This document shows, in pieces, positions 17,982 to 29,000 of a DNA stretch of 31,389 bases. The stretch comes from an uncultured Clostridia bacterium. Its GTDB lineage: Bacteria; Bacillota; Clostridia; Christensenellales; UBA1242. Below the pieces are notes generated by a model, which was not told the DNA's origin, did no database searches, and worked only from the letters and a program-made list of their open reading frames with translations. Numbering within the stretch: the stretch's first letter is position 1; each line of letters begins with the position of its first letter. The stretch is from the NCBI GenBank assembly GCA_948439925.1, contig CAOJNR010000001.1, forward strand, positions 1 to 31,389, read 5' to 3'. Both the position numbers and the translations under genes were made by a program.

Positions 17982-18725
17982 TTGAACAAGATGAACCCCG
18001 CAGAAATTGTCTTGATGCGAAAGGCTGGACAAATTACCCGTGATGCGTTAAATTACATTGAAACGCTGATAAGACCAGGTATTTCCACCTTAGAACTTGA
18101 CAAATGCGCCAAAAAGTTTATAATAGATAGTGGTGCAACCCCATCATTTTTGGGATATGAAGGTTTTCCTGCCTCAATTTGCGCTTCACCAAACGATATG
18201 GTGGTGCATGGGATACCTTCTGCTGATATCATTCTCAAAGAGGGCGATATCATCAGCATTGACCTTGGAGTTATTTATAAAGGTTACAATGGTGACGCAG
18301 CGCGAACTTTTCCTGTGGGAAAGATAACACCTGCAAAACAAAGGCTTATTGATGTGACACGCGAGTGTTTCTTCGAAGGAGTCAAAAATCTCAAAGTGGG
18401 GCATAGATTGGGAGAAATGAGTTATGCCATTCAAGAGCATGCTGAGAAAAATGGTTACTCAGTTGTGCGCGAGCTTGTTGGTCACGGAATCGGCAAGAAG
18501 ATGCATGAGCCACCGAATGTTCCCAATTACGGCAAGGTGACTGATGGTCCGCTTGTCACAGAGAATGCTTGCATTGCGATTGAGCCAATGATTAACATGG
18601 GCAAGCGCAATATATGGCTTCTTGAAGACGGCTGGGGAATTGTCACCCAAGACGGATTGCCATCTGCTCACTATGAAAACACCGTTCTTATCACTAAGGA
18701 CGGAGTTGAAATTCTGACATTATAA
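17982..18725 (+). CDS. map: methionine aminopeptidase type I
   Basis: VVHGIP, DIISIDLG, GDAART, GHGIG..MHE.P, IEPMI, AHYENT. Confidence 0.97.
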   Translation: MNKMNPAEIVLMRKAGQITRDALNYIETLIRPGISTLELDKCAKKFIIDSGATPSFLGYEGFPASICASPNDMVVHGIPSADIILKEGDIISIDLGVIYKGYNGDAARTFPVGKITPAKQRLIDVTRECFFEGVKNLKVGHRLGEMSYAIQEHAEKNGYSVVRELVGHGIGKKMHEPPNVPNYGKVTDGPLVTENACIAIEPMINMGKRNIWLLEDGWGIVTQDGLPSAHYENTVLITKDGVEILTL

Positions 18726-18736
18726 GTGAGGAACTT

Positions 18737-19012
18737 ATGGGTATTGGAAATGTAGTGATTGCACTTGCTGGCAAAGAAAAAGGTCAAATATATGTTATTG
18801 TTGATAAAGATGATAAATTTGTATATTTGGCTGATGGAAAAAGACTTTTGGCAAGTAAGCCAAAAAAGAAGAGTTATAAACACGTGAGGCTGTTTGGCTC
18901 TGAAAGCTTGACGGAAACCGAGGTTAAAGACTTAAACCCTCGCGTCAATGCAAAAATAAGAAAATTTTTAAGCGAAAAAAGGAGTGAGTATGTCGAAAGA
19001 AGATGTGATTGA
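18737..19012 (+). CDS. KOW-domain RNA-binding protein (L14E/L6E/L27E-like)
   Basis: [28 protein letters not shown]; usual map-infA position in Bacillota. Confidence 0.85.
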   Translation: MGIGNVVIALAGKEKGQIYVIVDKDDKFVYLADGKRLLASKPKKKSYKHVRLFGSESLTETEVKDLNPRVNAKIRKFLSEKRSEYVERRCD

Positions 19013-19211
19013 ATTTGAAGGCGTGGTTGAGGAAGTTCTTCCAAACACAACATTTAGAGTTCGTCTTTCAAACGGGCATATAATCACAACCTATATCTCT
19101 GGAAAGTTGCGCAAAAATTATATCAAAGTGCTTGAAGGGGATAAAGTTAAAGTCGAGATGAGCCCTTATGACCTTTCTAAGGGCAGAATAACTTGGAGAG
19201 AAAAGGGCTAA
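18990..19211 (+). CDS. infA: translation initiation factor IF-1
   Basis: [32 protein letters not shown]. Confidence 0.99.
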   Translation: MSKEDVIEFEGVVEEVLPNTTFRVRLSNGHIITTYISGKLRKNYIKVLEGDKVKVEMSPYDLSKGRITWREKG

Positions 19212-19222
19212 AAGGAGACAAT

Positions 19223-19339
19223 ATGAAAGTTAGAGCATCTGTTAAGCCAATTTGTGATAAGTGCAGAGTTATTAAGAGAGATGGTAAAGTTATGGTCATC
19301 TGCTCAAAGAGCGCTAAGCACAAACAAGTTCAAGGCTAA
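19223..19339 (+). CDS. rpmJ: 50S ribosomal protein L36 (not in ORF track)
   Basis: Translated by eye: [38 protein letters not shown]; AAGGAG RBS. Confidence 0.98.
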   Translation: MKVRASVKPICDKCRVIKRDGKVMVICSKSAKHKQVQG

Positions 19340-19366
19340 AAAAATTAAAATTGGAGGAATTTGTAA

Positions 19367-19744
19367 ATGGCAAGAATTGCTGGTGTGGATTTACCTAGGG
19401 AAAAAAGACTGGAACTTGGTCTTACCTATATTTATGGTATTGGTAGGGTAACATCCAACAAAATTTGTGAAGCAACAGGCGTTAGTGCAGACATTCGCGT
19501 TAAGGATTTGTCTGATGACCAGGTTGCTAAACTTCGTAACTATATCGAACATAATGTCATTGTGGAAGGTGAACTTCGCAAAAAAGTCGACATGGACATT
19601 AAAAAACTCAATGAAATGGGTTGCTTCCGTGGCATTCGTCACAGAAAAGGTCTTCCAGTGAGAGGACAAAACACTAGGAACAACGCTAGAACCAGAAAAG
19701 GTCCTAAGAAAGTTGTTGCTGGAAGTTCTAAGAAAGGCAAATAA
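19367..19744 (+). CDS. rpsM: 30S ribosomal protein S13
   Basis: [40 protein letters not shown]. Confidence 0.99.
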   Translation: MARIAGVDLPREKRLELGLTYIYGIGRVTSNKICEATGVSADIRVKDLSDDQVAKLRNYIEHNVIVEGELRKKVDMDIKKLNEMGCFRGIRHRKGLPVRGQNTRNNARTRKGPKKVVAGSSKKGK

Positions 19745-19756
19745 GAGGAGTAGGAA

Positions 19757-20161
19757 ATGGCTGTTAAGAAAACTGCAAAGAAAACAACAAAAACTAAGAA
19801 GAGAGTTAGTAAAAATATATCAGTTGGACAAGTTCATATCAAAACTTCTTTCAACAACACAAATGTTTGCTTCACTGACTGCGAAGGCAATGTTTTGTCT
19901 TGGTGCACTTCTGGTAAACTTGGCCTTAAAGGCTCAAAGAAAAGCACTCCATTTGCTGCACAATCATGTGTTGAAGACGCAGCGAAGATTGCAAAAGAAC
20001 ACGGTATTCAAAGCGTTGAAGTTTTTGTTAAAGGTCCTGGAAGCGGACGTGAACTCGCTATCAGATCACTTCAAAACTGCGAACTTAATGTTACAATGAT
20101 CAAGGACGTTTCGCCAATCGCTCATAACGGTTGCAGACCTCCTAAAACAAGAAGAGTATAA
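19757..20161 (+). CDS. rpsK: 30S ribosomal protein S11
   Basis: [31 protein letters not shown]. Confidence 0.98.
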   Translation: MAVKKTAKKTTKTKKRVSKNISVGQVHIKTSFNNTNVCFTDCEGNVLSWCTSGKLGLKGSKKSTPFAAQSCVEDAAKIAKEHGIQSVEVFVKGPGSGRELAIRSLQNCELNVTMIKDVSPIAHNGCRPPKTRRV

Positions 20162-20175
20162 AAGGAGAAAGAATT

Positions 20176-20802
20176 ATGGCAAGAACTATTGAACCTGACT
20201 GCCGTCAATGCAGACGCGAAGGTTGCAAACTCTTTCTTAAAGGCGAGAGATGCACTTCTAAGAAATGTGCTATGGAAAGACGCCCAGTGATTCCTGGACA
20301 ACATGGCAATTCAAGAAGAAGAGTTACCTTCTCAGAATATGGCACACAACTTCGCGAAAAGCAAAAGGTTAAGAGAATGTATGGCGTTCTCGAAAAGCAA
20401 TTCAGAGATTACTATGAAGACGCTAAGAGAATGAAGGGTATCGTTGGTGAAAATATGCTTTCACTTATCGAAAGAAGACTTGACAACGTTGTTTACCGTA
20501 TGGGAATCGGCGCAAGCAGAAAGCAATGCCGTCAAATCGTAAACCACGGTCACATTGCTGTCAATGGCAAGAGAGTTGATATCGCTTCTTTCAGAGTTAA
20601 AGTTGGTGATGTTATTTCTGTTAGAGAAAACAAGCAAGAGCTTGAAGGATTTAAAGCACTTAAAGGCATGAAAGTTGTTATGCCAAAATGGCTTGAATTT
20701 GACACAAACGCACTCACTGGGAAAATTGTTGCACTTCCTAGCAGAGAAGATATCGACCCAGATATCAAAGAACAACTTATCGTCGAATTGTATTCGAGAT
20801 AA
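20176..20802 (+). CDS. rpsD: 30S ribosomal protein S4 (zinc-binding form)
   Basis: CRQCRREG.KLFLKGERC, SEYG.QLREKQK, ERRLDNVVYR. Confidence 0.99.
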   Translation: MARTIEPDCRQCRREGCKLFLKGERCTSKKCAMERRPVIPGQHGNSRRRVTFSEYGTQLREKQKVKRMYGVLEKQFRDYYEDAKRMKGIVGENMLSLIERRLDNVVYRMGIGASRKQCRQIVNHGHIAVNGKRVDIASFRVKVGDVISVRENKQELEGFKALKGMKVVMPKWLEFDTNALTGKIVALPSREDIDPDIKEQLIVELYSR

Positions 20803-20822
20803 TTTAGTGGAGGGACAAATAT

Positions 20823-21773
20823 ATGAATATGGAAAGACCAAAAATTTCTTGCGAAGAAAACAACAATGGAAGTTTTGCAAGATTTACAGTTGAACCTCTT
20901 GAAAAAGGATACGGAATCACTCTTGGAAACGCGATGAGAAGAACTCTTCTCTCAAACCTTCCAGGATGTGCCCCTATCGCAGTTAGAATCGCTGGCGTTG
21001 CTCACGAATTCTCAACTGTTAGAGGAGTGACAGAAGATGTTGTGGATATCATCCTCAACCTTAAATCATTGGCACTTAAATCAACAAACAAAGACAAGGA
21101 CTATGTGACTTATCTCCACCTTCGCAAAAATGGCGCTGGTGAAGTGACTGCAAAAGATTTTGAAACAAACAGTGAAATCGAAATCTTGAACCCAGACCTT
21201 CACATCTGCACTATGGACGACGGTGCTGTGCTTGACATGGATATCATGGTGGGCAACGGAAGAGGATATGTTCCAAACACAATCAATAAGACTAAGTTTG
21301 AAAACATTGACTTTATCGCTATGGACTCACTTTTCTCACCAGTTAAGAAAGTTAATTTCAATGTTGAAAGCACTCGTGTTGGTCAAAGCGTTAATTTTGA
21401 CAAGCTTGTGCTTGAAATTGAAACAAACGGCACAACTTCTGCAAGAGAAATTGTTGCACTTGCTGGAAAAATTATCATTGAACACATTGAAGTCTTTGTT
21501 GAACTTTGCGCTCAAATGAGCAATGTTGAAATTCTTGTTTCTCGTGAAGAAGATAAGCAAATCAAACTTATGGAACTTCCTATCGAAGAAATGGATCTTT
21601 CTGTTCGTTCTTATAACTGCTTAAAGAGGGCTGGTGTTAACACTATTGAAGACCTCACAAAGAAGTCAAGAGCCGATATGCTTAAAGTTAAAAACCTTGG
21701 AATCAAGAGTATTGACGAGGTTATCGCTAAACTTGAAAGTTACGGACTTTCACTTCGCAAAGATGAAGATTAA
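20823..21773 (+). CDS. rpoA: RNA polymerase alpha subunit
   Basis: EPLEKGYGITLGNAMRR.LLS, FSPVKKV, LSVRSYNCLKRAG. Confidence 0.99.
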   Translation: MNMERPKISCEENNNGSFARFTVEPLEKGYGITLGNAMRRTLLSNLPGCAPIAVRIAGVAHEFSTVRGVTEDVVDIILNLKSLALKSTNKDKDYVTYLHLRKNGAGEVTAKDFETNSEIEILNPDLHICTMDDGAVLDMDIMVGNGRGYVPNTINKTKFENIDFIAMDSLFSPVKKVNFNVESTRVGQSVNFDKLVLEIETNGTTSAREIVALAGKIIIEHIEVFVELCAQMSNVEILVSREEDKQIKLMELPIEEMDLSVRSYNCLKRAGVNTIEDLTKKSRADMLKVKNLGIKSIDEVIAKLESYGLSLRKDED

Positions 21774-21794
21774 ACTTTATTAAAGGAGAATATT

Positions 21795-22304
21795 ATGGCT
21801 AACGCAAAATTGGGAAGACCAAGCAAAGAAAAGAACGCCCTTTTGAGAGGACTTGTTTCTGACCTTCTTTGGTATGGCGAGATTGAAACAACAGAAGCAA
21901 GAGCAAAGTCAGTTAGAAGTGTGGCAGAAAAACTTTTGACCCTCGCTATCAACTCTTATGAAGATATCGTTAAAGTTGAAAAAGAAATCAAAGACGACAA
22001 GGGTGTTAAGGTTAAAACAACCGTTTCAAATGACGGACCTAAGAAACTCAATGCAAGAAGAAAAATTATGTCTTATGTGTATGACAGACAAGAACAAAGA
22101 AAGCCAAAAGAGTCTAAGGACGCATTTATGGCAAGAACTCAGGGTATCAATCACCCTCTTCTTGAAAAGATTTTCAATGTTTATGCTCCAAAATATGCAC
22201 AAAGAGCTAAGGAAGTTGGACAGGGTGGTGGTTACACAAGAATCATCAAACTTGGACAACGTCGTGGTGATGCATCTGAAATGGTTGTTATTAAATTGAT
22301 TTAA
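21795..22304 (+). CDS. rplQ: 50S ribosomal protein L17 (internal insertions)
   Basis: KLGRP, IETTEARAKSVR..AEKL, GGYTRIIKLGQRRGDASEM. Confidence 0.97.
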   Translation: MANAKLGRPSKEKNALLRGLVSDLLWYGEIETTEARAKSVRSVAEKLLTLAINSYEDIVKVEKEIKDDKGVKVKTTVSNDGPKKLNARRKIMSYVYDRQEQRKPKESKDAFMARTQGINHPLLEKIFNVYAPKYAQRAKEVGQGGGYTRIIKLGQRRGDASEMVVIKLI

Positions 22305-22308
22305 AGAT

Positions 22309-22339
22309 AAAAAAAGAAGTTTTGTAGACTTCTTTTTTT
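22309..22339 (+). terminator. terminator of the ribosomal superoperon
   Basis: AAAAAAAGAAGT-loop-ACTTCTTTTTTT. Confidence 0.85.
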
Positions 22340-22411
22340 GTTGTAAATATTTGATATTAAAATTGAAAATATTAAATTTTTGGAAAAGAAATGTAATAAA
22401 AAATATATTAT

Positions 22412-22440
22412 TTGACTTTGTTTGTTTTTATTTATATAAT
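22412..22440 (+). promoter_or_regulatory. sigma-A promoter of the NUDIX gene
   Basis: TTGACT-17 nt-TATAAT. Confidence 0.7.
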
Positions 22441-22460
22441 GTTTTTGATTGGAGGATATT

Positions 22461-23027
22461 TTGGGAAGTAAATCTAATAGTATAAACATAAAAAATAAAA
22501 ATTTCAGTTGTGAGGAAAATGTGGAAGAATGTTATGAAATTCTGTCAGAGAACTGCAAAATTTTATGGAGAGAAGACTTTGAAATTTCAAACCAAAAATA
22601 TACACAAGTGAGTGGATATATTTTTAATAGTCAAAGGCAATTATTGATAGTTAAAAATGGAAATATTTGGACTATTCCTGGCGGGCATCCAGAAAATAAT
22701 GAAACTTTTTTGCAAACTTTAAATCGTGAAATTATGGAAGAGGCGTGTGTAAAAATAAGTGATGCCCGATACATTGGTGCGGTTGAAGTTGTTGAAAAGG
22801 AAGAAAAATATTATCAGCTTCGTTTTGTTGCAAAAGTTTCAGAATTGTTGCCTTTTAAACAAGAGTGGGAAATAAGCGAAAGACTTTTTGTTGAATTGAA
22901 AGATTTAGACAAATATATTACATGGTGTCATGGAGAAACCTTCCAAAAACAGTTGAATTCTGCTTTAAAAATTATTGATAAAAAAACTAGTTTTTTTGCT
23001 GGGTTATCACCTGACAAGAAGGGCTAA
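22461..23027 (+). CDS. NUDIX hydrolase
   Basis: Nudix box GGHPENNETFLQTLNREIMEEA; GGAGG RBS favours TTG 22461. Confidence 0.88.
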   Translation: MGSKSNSINIKNKNFSCEENVEECYEILSENCKILWREDFEISNQKYTQVSGYIFNSQRQLLIVKNGNIWTIPGGHPENNETFLQTLNREIMEEACVKISDARYIGAVEVVEKEEKYYQLRFVAKVSELLPFKQEWEISERLFVELKDLDKYITWCHGETFQKQLNSALKIIDKKTSFFAGLSPDKKG

Positions 23028-23030
23028 GTT

Positions 23031-23058
23031 TTGACAAAAGTTGCAGGAATTATATGAT
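23031..23058 (+). promoter_or_regulatory. possible sigma-A promoter of the 23125 ORF
   Basis: TTGACA-16 nt-TATGAT; a second candidate TTGACT-18 nt-TACAAT at 23066-23095. Confidence 0.4.
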
Positions 23059-23124
23059 AACATAATTGACTCTTTGAAATCAAATTTTATACAATAATAT
23101 TGTGTTAAAAAGTTAGGAGAAATT

Positions 23125-23559
23125 ATGTTCAGCAGGTTAAAATATGGCTATTCATGTAAGGTTGTAAACAAAAATATCATTTATAAATTGGGCAGAATTA
23201 AAACAAAAAAGATTGTTTTGCATAAAGACGATAAACAGTCTTTAACTGGTATTTTAGAAAGTTATGGAATAAAAAATCAAAATAAAATAGTGAAGATTTC
23301 ACAAAATCTTGTTGATTTTCTGGTTAAACTCTCAATGACAAAACCTGTCAAAGCATTGGAAGTCTGTCCGCAATGCTTATTGAGTGTAAGCAAGGTTTCC
23401 TCATCAATTTTTGATAAATTCGCACTTTATCAATTCAACACTTCATCTGCTATTGACTATTTGGCGTTTGATTTGGCGGCAAGTGCGACTGCTTTTGAAA
23501 GTTCGGGAGAATTTTACAAAGATATATCTTTGCGTGAGGTGTTGCAACAAAAAGTTTAA
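23125..23559 (+). CDS. hypothetical protein
   Basis: 144 aa, AGGAGA RBS; single CPQC motif. Confidence 0.7.
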   Translation: MFSRLKYGYSCKVVNKNIIYKLGRIKTKKIVLHKDDKQSLTGILESYGIKNQNKIVKISQNLVDFLVKLSMTKPVKALEVCPQCLLSVSKVSSSIFDKFALYQFNTSSAIDYLAFDLAASATAFESSGEFYKDISLREVLQQKV

Positions 23560-23680
23560 TCATTATATTTTTATAACTATCATTTAATTTTTTTAATTTT
23601 TTTTAAGTTTAAAATGACAAAATAAAATAATAATAAGGCAAAATTTCAAAATTTTTGTCTTGTTTTTTATTGCTTTATAT

Positions 23681-23709
23681 TTGCAAGGTTCAAAGATTTA
23701 TGATAAAAT
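23681..23709 (+). promoter_or_regulatory. sigma-A promoter of dtd-PHP-whiA
   Basis: TTGCAA-17 nt-TAAAAT with extended -10 TG. Confidence 0.55.
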
Positions 23710-23752
23710 ATATCATGTAAAAAACAAAATTGGAATGGTTAAAGGAGTTGAA

Positions 23753-24229
23753 ATGAGAGCAGTTATACAAAGAGTCAAAAGTGCAAAGCTAGCTGTTGAT
23801 GGAAAGCTTATATCGGAAATTGGTAAGGGCTTTGCGGTATATTTGGGTGTTGGAAAGGGTGACAGTGAAGCGGAAATTGAACTTTTAGCCAAGAAAATTG
23901 CTAAAATGAGAATATTTGAGGACGAAAATGAAAGAATGAATCTTGATTTGTCTGTTTGCAATGGGCAAATATTGCTGATAAGTCAGTTTACGTTGTATGC
24001 CGATTGCAAAGATGGCAACAGACCAAATTTTTTTGATGCAGAAGCGCCTGACAGGGCAAATGAGCTGTATGAAAAAATGAAGGTCGCATTGGAAAGCTAC
24101 GGCATTGAAGTTAAAACAGGTGTTTTTGGTGCTGATATGCAGATTGAGCAACACAATGACGGACCAGTGACAATAATCTTGGACTCAGATGAACTGAATG
24201 CTTGCAAAAAAAAGTCGAGTAAGGTATAA
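23753..24229 (+). CDS. dtd: D-aminoacyl-tRNA deacylase
   Basis: MRAVIQRV, RIFEDE, SQFTL, GVFGADM, NDGPVTI. Confidence 0.97.
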   Translation: MRAVIQRVKSAKLAVDGKLISEIGKGFAVYLGVGKGDSEAEIELLAKKIAKMRIFEDENERMNLDLSVCNGQILLISQFTLYADCKDGNRPNFFDAEAPDRANELYEKMKVALESYGIEVKTGVFGADMQIEQHNDGPVTIILDSDELNACKKKSSKV

Positions 24230-24251
24230 TAAAATTGTTTAGGAGAAAATT

Positions 24252-25013
24252 ATGATTCTATTAGGTGATTATCACACTCACACAAAATATTCTCGACATG
24301 GTCATGGCAAAGGCACTGTGCTTGAAAATGCGTCTGTTGCAAATGAAAAAGGCTTGAAACAGATTGCCATAACAGACCATGGCTTTAATCATAATTTCTA
24401 TGGTGTGAGAAGAAGGGATATACCAGACATAAAGGAAGATATTTTGAATGCCAAAGAGGTCACAGGAGTGGACATTCTTTTGGGCGTTGAGGCAAACCTT
24501 ATATCTCTCAACGGCGACATTGATGTCAACATCGAGGACTTTGAATTTTTGGATGTGCTTGCAATGGGCTTTCATAAGCTTGTGCATATGGATAAAAATC
24601 AAGATTTTTGGAAGCTTAGTATGGCAAACATTTTCTCTTCGCCTTTTGCACCAAGCAAAGAAAAAGTCAATCGTAACACGACTGCTTTTTTGAAAGCTTT
24701 GGATAAATATCCTATTGATATTTTGACACATATAAATTACGGCTTTCCTGTTGACGCTCTTGCGGTGGCAAAACTCGCAAAAGAAAAGGGAACATATATT
24801 GAACTTAATGGCAAACGAATCAATATTTCCGAGCGTGATCTTGACACTATGGCAAGCGAGGGTGTTAAGTTTATCTTAAACTCTGACGCTCATACGCCTG
24901 ACCGAGTGGGTGAGTGTAATGAGGGACTTAATCTCATTTTTAAGCTTGGTATTCCATTAGCACAGGTGGCAAACATTGACAAATTGCCAAAATTTCAGAA
25001 CAAAAGAGGTTAG
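24252..25013 (+). CDS. PHP domain protein (YcdX-like phosphoesterase)
   Basis: DYHTHT..S.HG, ITDHG, GVEAN, LTH, IELNG, NSDAH. Confidence 0.9.
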   Translation: MILLGDYHTHTKYSRHGHGKGTVLENASVANEKGLKQIAITDHGFNHNFYGVRRRDIPDIKEDILNAKEVTGVDILLGVEANLISLNGDIDVNIEDFEFLDVLAMGFHKLVHMDKNQDFWKLSMANIFSSPFAPSKEKVNRNTTAFLKALDKYPIDILTHINYGFPVDALAVAKLAKEKGTYIELNGKRINISERDLDTMASEGVKFILNSDAHTPDRVGECNEGLNLIFKLGIPLAQVANIDKLPKFQNKRG

Positions 25014-25016
25014 ATT

Positions 25017-25982
25017 TTGAGCTTTTCAAAGGATTCTAAATTTGAAATTATGCAAAATCCGATAGAAGATGCCGATAATGGTATTGCTTTTCTATCGGGG
25101 CTTTTTCATGCATGCGGTCAGCTTACAAAAAATAGTGAAGGTTTGAGAGCTGACTTGGTCACCGACCTCAAAGAGATTTTTGGATATGCCAACGCCATTG
25201 TTAAAAAACTTTATGGTGACACTCTTTCGTTGGAAATAAGTGATGACTATATCATTAACAAAACAACTTACTATCGAATTATGTTTCCTCTGAGCATATC
25301 TGAGCGAGTGCTTATTGACTGCGGTATTATTGATATAAGTGAAGGCATGACAATTAAAGGTGGAATTGACAATAACATTATTCAAGGCGAAGAAAGCAAA
25401 AAGGCGTTTATAACTGGTGCATACATTGGCTGTTCGACATCGAGCATTAGGCTTAGCGAACTTGGCTCTCAAACTGCAACGACAGGTTATCATCTCGAAT
25501 TTGCTTCACACACATATCAGTTTTTGGAGGACTTGCAAGGGCTGTTAAAAGATTTTAACATAACTTCAAAGTTGGTTGAACGCAAAAAAGTTTACATCCT
25601 CTATCTCAAAGATTCGGAAGCAATAAAGGATCTCTTGGCGCTTGTTGGCGCTGGGCAGAGCGTTTTGGATCTGTCTGATGAAATGGCTAAGCGTGGGCTT
25701 AGAAACACAGTCAATCGTCAGGTCAACTGCATCAATGCCAACATCAATAAGACCATTGAGGCAAGCATGAAGCAGATTGAGGCGATCAACCTTATTAACC
25801 GCAAAATTGGGTTAGATTCACTCCCTGATGATCTGCAAGAAGTGGCAGTTTTAAGGCTTGCAAATCAGCAAGAGAGCATGGATGAACTGTTGAAACTTTC
25901 CACAATAAAGCTCACAAAAAGTGGACTTAATCACAGATTTAGAAGACTTATCAAAATTGCGGATATATTGAAAGAGAACTGA
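25017..25982 (+). CDS. whiA: DNA-binding protein WhiA
   Basis: AFITGAY.GC, YHLEF, YILYLKDSE.I.D.L, NRQVNC..ANI.KT, TKSGLNHRFRRL. Confidence 0.95.
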   Translation: MSFSKDSKFEIMQNPIEDADNGIAFLSGLFHACGQLTKNSEGLRADLVTDLKEIFGYANAIVKKLYGDTLSLEISDDYIINKTTYYRIMFPLSISERVLIDCGIIDISEGMTIKGGIDNNIIQGEESKKAFITGAYIGCSTSSIRLSELGSQTATTGYHLEFASHTYQFLEDLQGLLKDFNITSKLVERKKVYILYLKDSEAIKDLLALVGAGQSVLDLSDEMAKRGLRNTVNRQVNCINANINKTIEASMKQIEAINLINRKIGLDSLPDDLQEVAVLRLANQQESMDELLKLSTIKLTKSGLNHRFRRLIKIADILKEN

Positions 25983-25985
25983 GTT

Positions 25986-26024
25986 TGGGGAGGTGACAAT
26001 GTCACATAAATCACAAAAACCCCA
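25986..26024. repeat. REP-like palindrome, copy 1
   Basis: TGGGGAG-GTGACA-A-TGTCAC...CCCCA; its first 20 nt nearly match the reverse complement of 31332-31352. Confidence 0.55.
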
Positions 26025-26070
26025 TCTTTCTTAAAGGCGAAATAAAATATAAAAAACAAAAGGGGAAAAG

Positions 26071-29000
26071 ATGAAAGATTTTGTTCACTTGCACTTGCAT
26101 ACAGAATATAGTTTGCTTGATGGACTTGCAAGAATTGAAAAACTGACTGATATCGTCAAAGAGCGTGGCTGGAAAGCTGTTGCAATCACTGACCATGGCA
26201 ATATGTATGGCGTGATGAAGTTTTTTGAATCTTGTGTGACAAAAGGCATCAAGCCAATCATTGGCGAAGAGTTTTATGTTACTCATGACATGAAATCGCG
26301 TTCAAATCGTGATGATATGGCGCATCTTATTTTAATTGCAAAAAATAATACTGGTTATCAAAACCTATTGAAACTCTCTTCTTTTGCCTATCTCGATGGT
26401 TTTTATTTTAAACCTAGAATTGACTACAAACTTTTGGAGCAATACACCGAAGGTCTTATTTGTCTTTCAGCTTGCCTTGCAGGTCACATTCCTCAATATA
26501 TTATGAAGCACCAATATGACGAAGCTGATAAGCTTGCTCTTGAACTTAAACGTATGTTTGGTGAGGATTTTTATCTTGAAATTCAAGATCATGGTATTGC
26601 TGAGCAGAAGGAAGTTCTTGTCAAACTTTGTGAAATGAGTGAAAGACTGGATATAAAACTTGTTGCAACCAATGACGTTCATTATCTCAACAAAGAGGAT
26701 GCTGAGCTTCAAGATGTTCTCATGTGTGTGCAAATGGGCAAGACTTATGATGACCCAGACCGAATGAAATTTGAAACAAATGAGTTTTATCTTAAAACCT
26801 ATGAAGAGATGCAAGAGGCTCTTCCTGGCTTTGAAGAAGCACTTGACAGAACGGTTGAGATTGCAGAAAAGTGCAATATCACCATCAGAACAAAGTCGCT
26901 TCGTGAAGCTGCGGAAGGTGGAAATCCAAACATACCTGATGAGGACAAACTTGGTGCAAGCGAAAACTTCATCCCAGTCTACAAGCCAGACACTGGCGAA
27001 GAAGCCTATGAGTTTTTGCGAAGAATGTCTTATGAAGGACTTGAAAGGAACTATAAAGAGATCACGCCTGAGCTTACTGAACGTATGGAAATGGAGCTGG
27101 GCACAATTCATAAGCTTGGCTTTGTGGAATATTTCCTTGTTGTGTGGGATTATATCAACTTTGCGCGCGAGAATGGAATCCCTGTTGGCCCAGGTCGTGG
27201 CTCTGGTGCGGGCAGTTTGGTTGCTTACTGCACAGGCATTACACAAGTCGACCCTATCAGATATGAACTTTTCTTTGATAGATTTATTAACCCAGAACGT
27301 GTATCCATGCCTGACTTCGACGTTGACTTTTGTAAGGATAGACGAGGTGAGGTTATCGAATATTCAAAACGCCGTTATGGTTATGATCATGTTTCAAACA
27401 TTGTAACGTTTGGAAATATGCAAGCAAAAAACGCAATCAAGGACGTTGCGCGTGTTTTGCGATATCCTTATTCCGAAGTGGATAAAATAACCAAAGAGAT
27501 ACCTGGAAAACCACTTTGCAAACCACCAGTGCTCAAATATTATTTTGGTCAAAGCGACAAGCCTGGTTCTGAGAAATTCGTTATTCCAACTTTGAAACAA
27601 ATGTATGAAGAAGACGATATGATAAAAAAGATCGTCGACTTTGCAATTAAGCTTGAAGGCGTGCCAAGAAATATGTCTATGCACGCAGCAGGTGTGCTCA
27701 TTTCACCAACACCAGTTTTTGACAAAGTGCCAATGGCAAAAAGCGGAAACGATGTTGTGACTCAGTTTGATATGTCTGAGCTTGAACACCTTGGACTTCT
27801 CAAAATGGACTTCCTTGGACTGAGAACTTTGACTGATATTAAGAAAGCCATTGATTACATCAAAGAGGATCACGGCGTTGAAATTGATTTCACCAAAATG
27901 GAATATAATGACCCAGCAGTTTATGAGCTTATTTCATCAGGCAACACTGCAACCATATTTCAGCTTGAAGGTGGCGGAATGAAGAAATTCATGTCCGATC
28001 TTCAACCAACTTGTCTTGAAGATATTATCGCTGGTATTTCACTTTATCGTCCAGGCCCTATGGACTTTATACCTAAATTTATCCAAGGCAAGAGAAATCC
28101 AGAAAAAATTGAATATGATGACCCATGCCTTGAACCGATTTTGTCTACAACCTATGGCTGTATCGTATACCAAGAACAAGTTATGAAAATCTTTCAGGTT
28201 ATGGCAGGATTCTCGCTTGGCGGAGCTGATAATGTGCGAAGAATTATGGGTAAGAAAAAGCCTGAGAAACTTCCGCCAGAACGTGAGAAATTCTTGCACG
28301 GCTGGACTGATCCAGAAGGAAAACGTAAGTCAATTCCTGGCGCGATTGCACTCGGTCATAAAGAAGATGTTTCAATCAAAGTCTTTGATCAAATGGCAAA
28401 GTTTGCTGGTTATGCTTTCAATAAGTCACACGCAGCTGCTTATGCATATGTCGCATATCAAACTGCTTATCTTAAAGCGCATTATGAGATTGAATATCTG
28501 ACTGCGGTGCTTAACAATCGTATCACCAACGCTGATCTTATCAAGCGCTACACAAACTATGCTAAAATGGAAGGCTTTGAAGTTTATCCACCTGATATCA
28601 ACAAGTCATATACCGAGTTTAAAGTTGAAAATGGCAATATGCGTTTCGGTCTTGGAGCGCTCAAACATGTGGGCACAACCATTGTTGATCAAATTGTTAA
28701 GGAAAGGCAAACAAATGGTCTTTTCAAAAGTTTTGAAGATTTTATTCACAGAATGGTTGCTTATGGAACTCTCAACAAGCGAACTGTTGAAAGCCTTATC
28801 TTAGGTGGTGCTTTTGATCAATTTGGAATATATCGTTCAAAACTCATTGCCGTTCATGGAATGGTTATCGATCGCGCTATCCAAGATAAAAAGAGCACTT
28901 CAAATGGACAAACTTCCATTTTTGACACTTTTGAAGAGGTGGCGGAAACAATAAATGCTGTGGAATATCCTGATATAAAAGAATATAACAAAGAAACACT

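Noticed and set aside
21950-22180. Internal insertions in L17, plus N-terminal extensions of L22 and S5
   Set aside because: Such extensions are known to be common in Clostridia and related lineages; not novel by themselves.
26467-27406. Long antisense (259 aa) and alternate-frame (211 aa) ORFs inside dnaE, and similar ORFs across the r-protein genes
   Set aside because: Explained by codon bias of the sense genes; no RBS or motifs.
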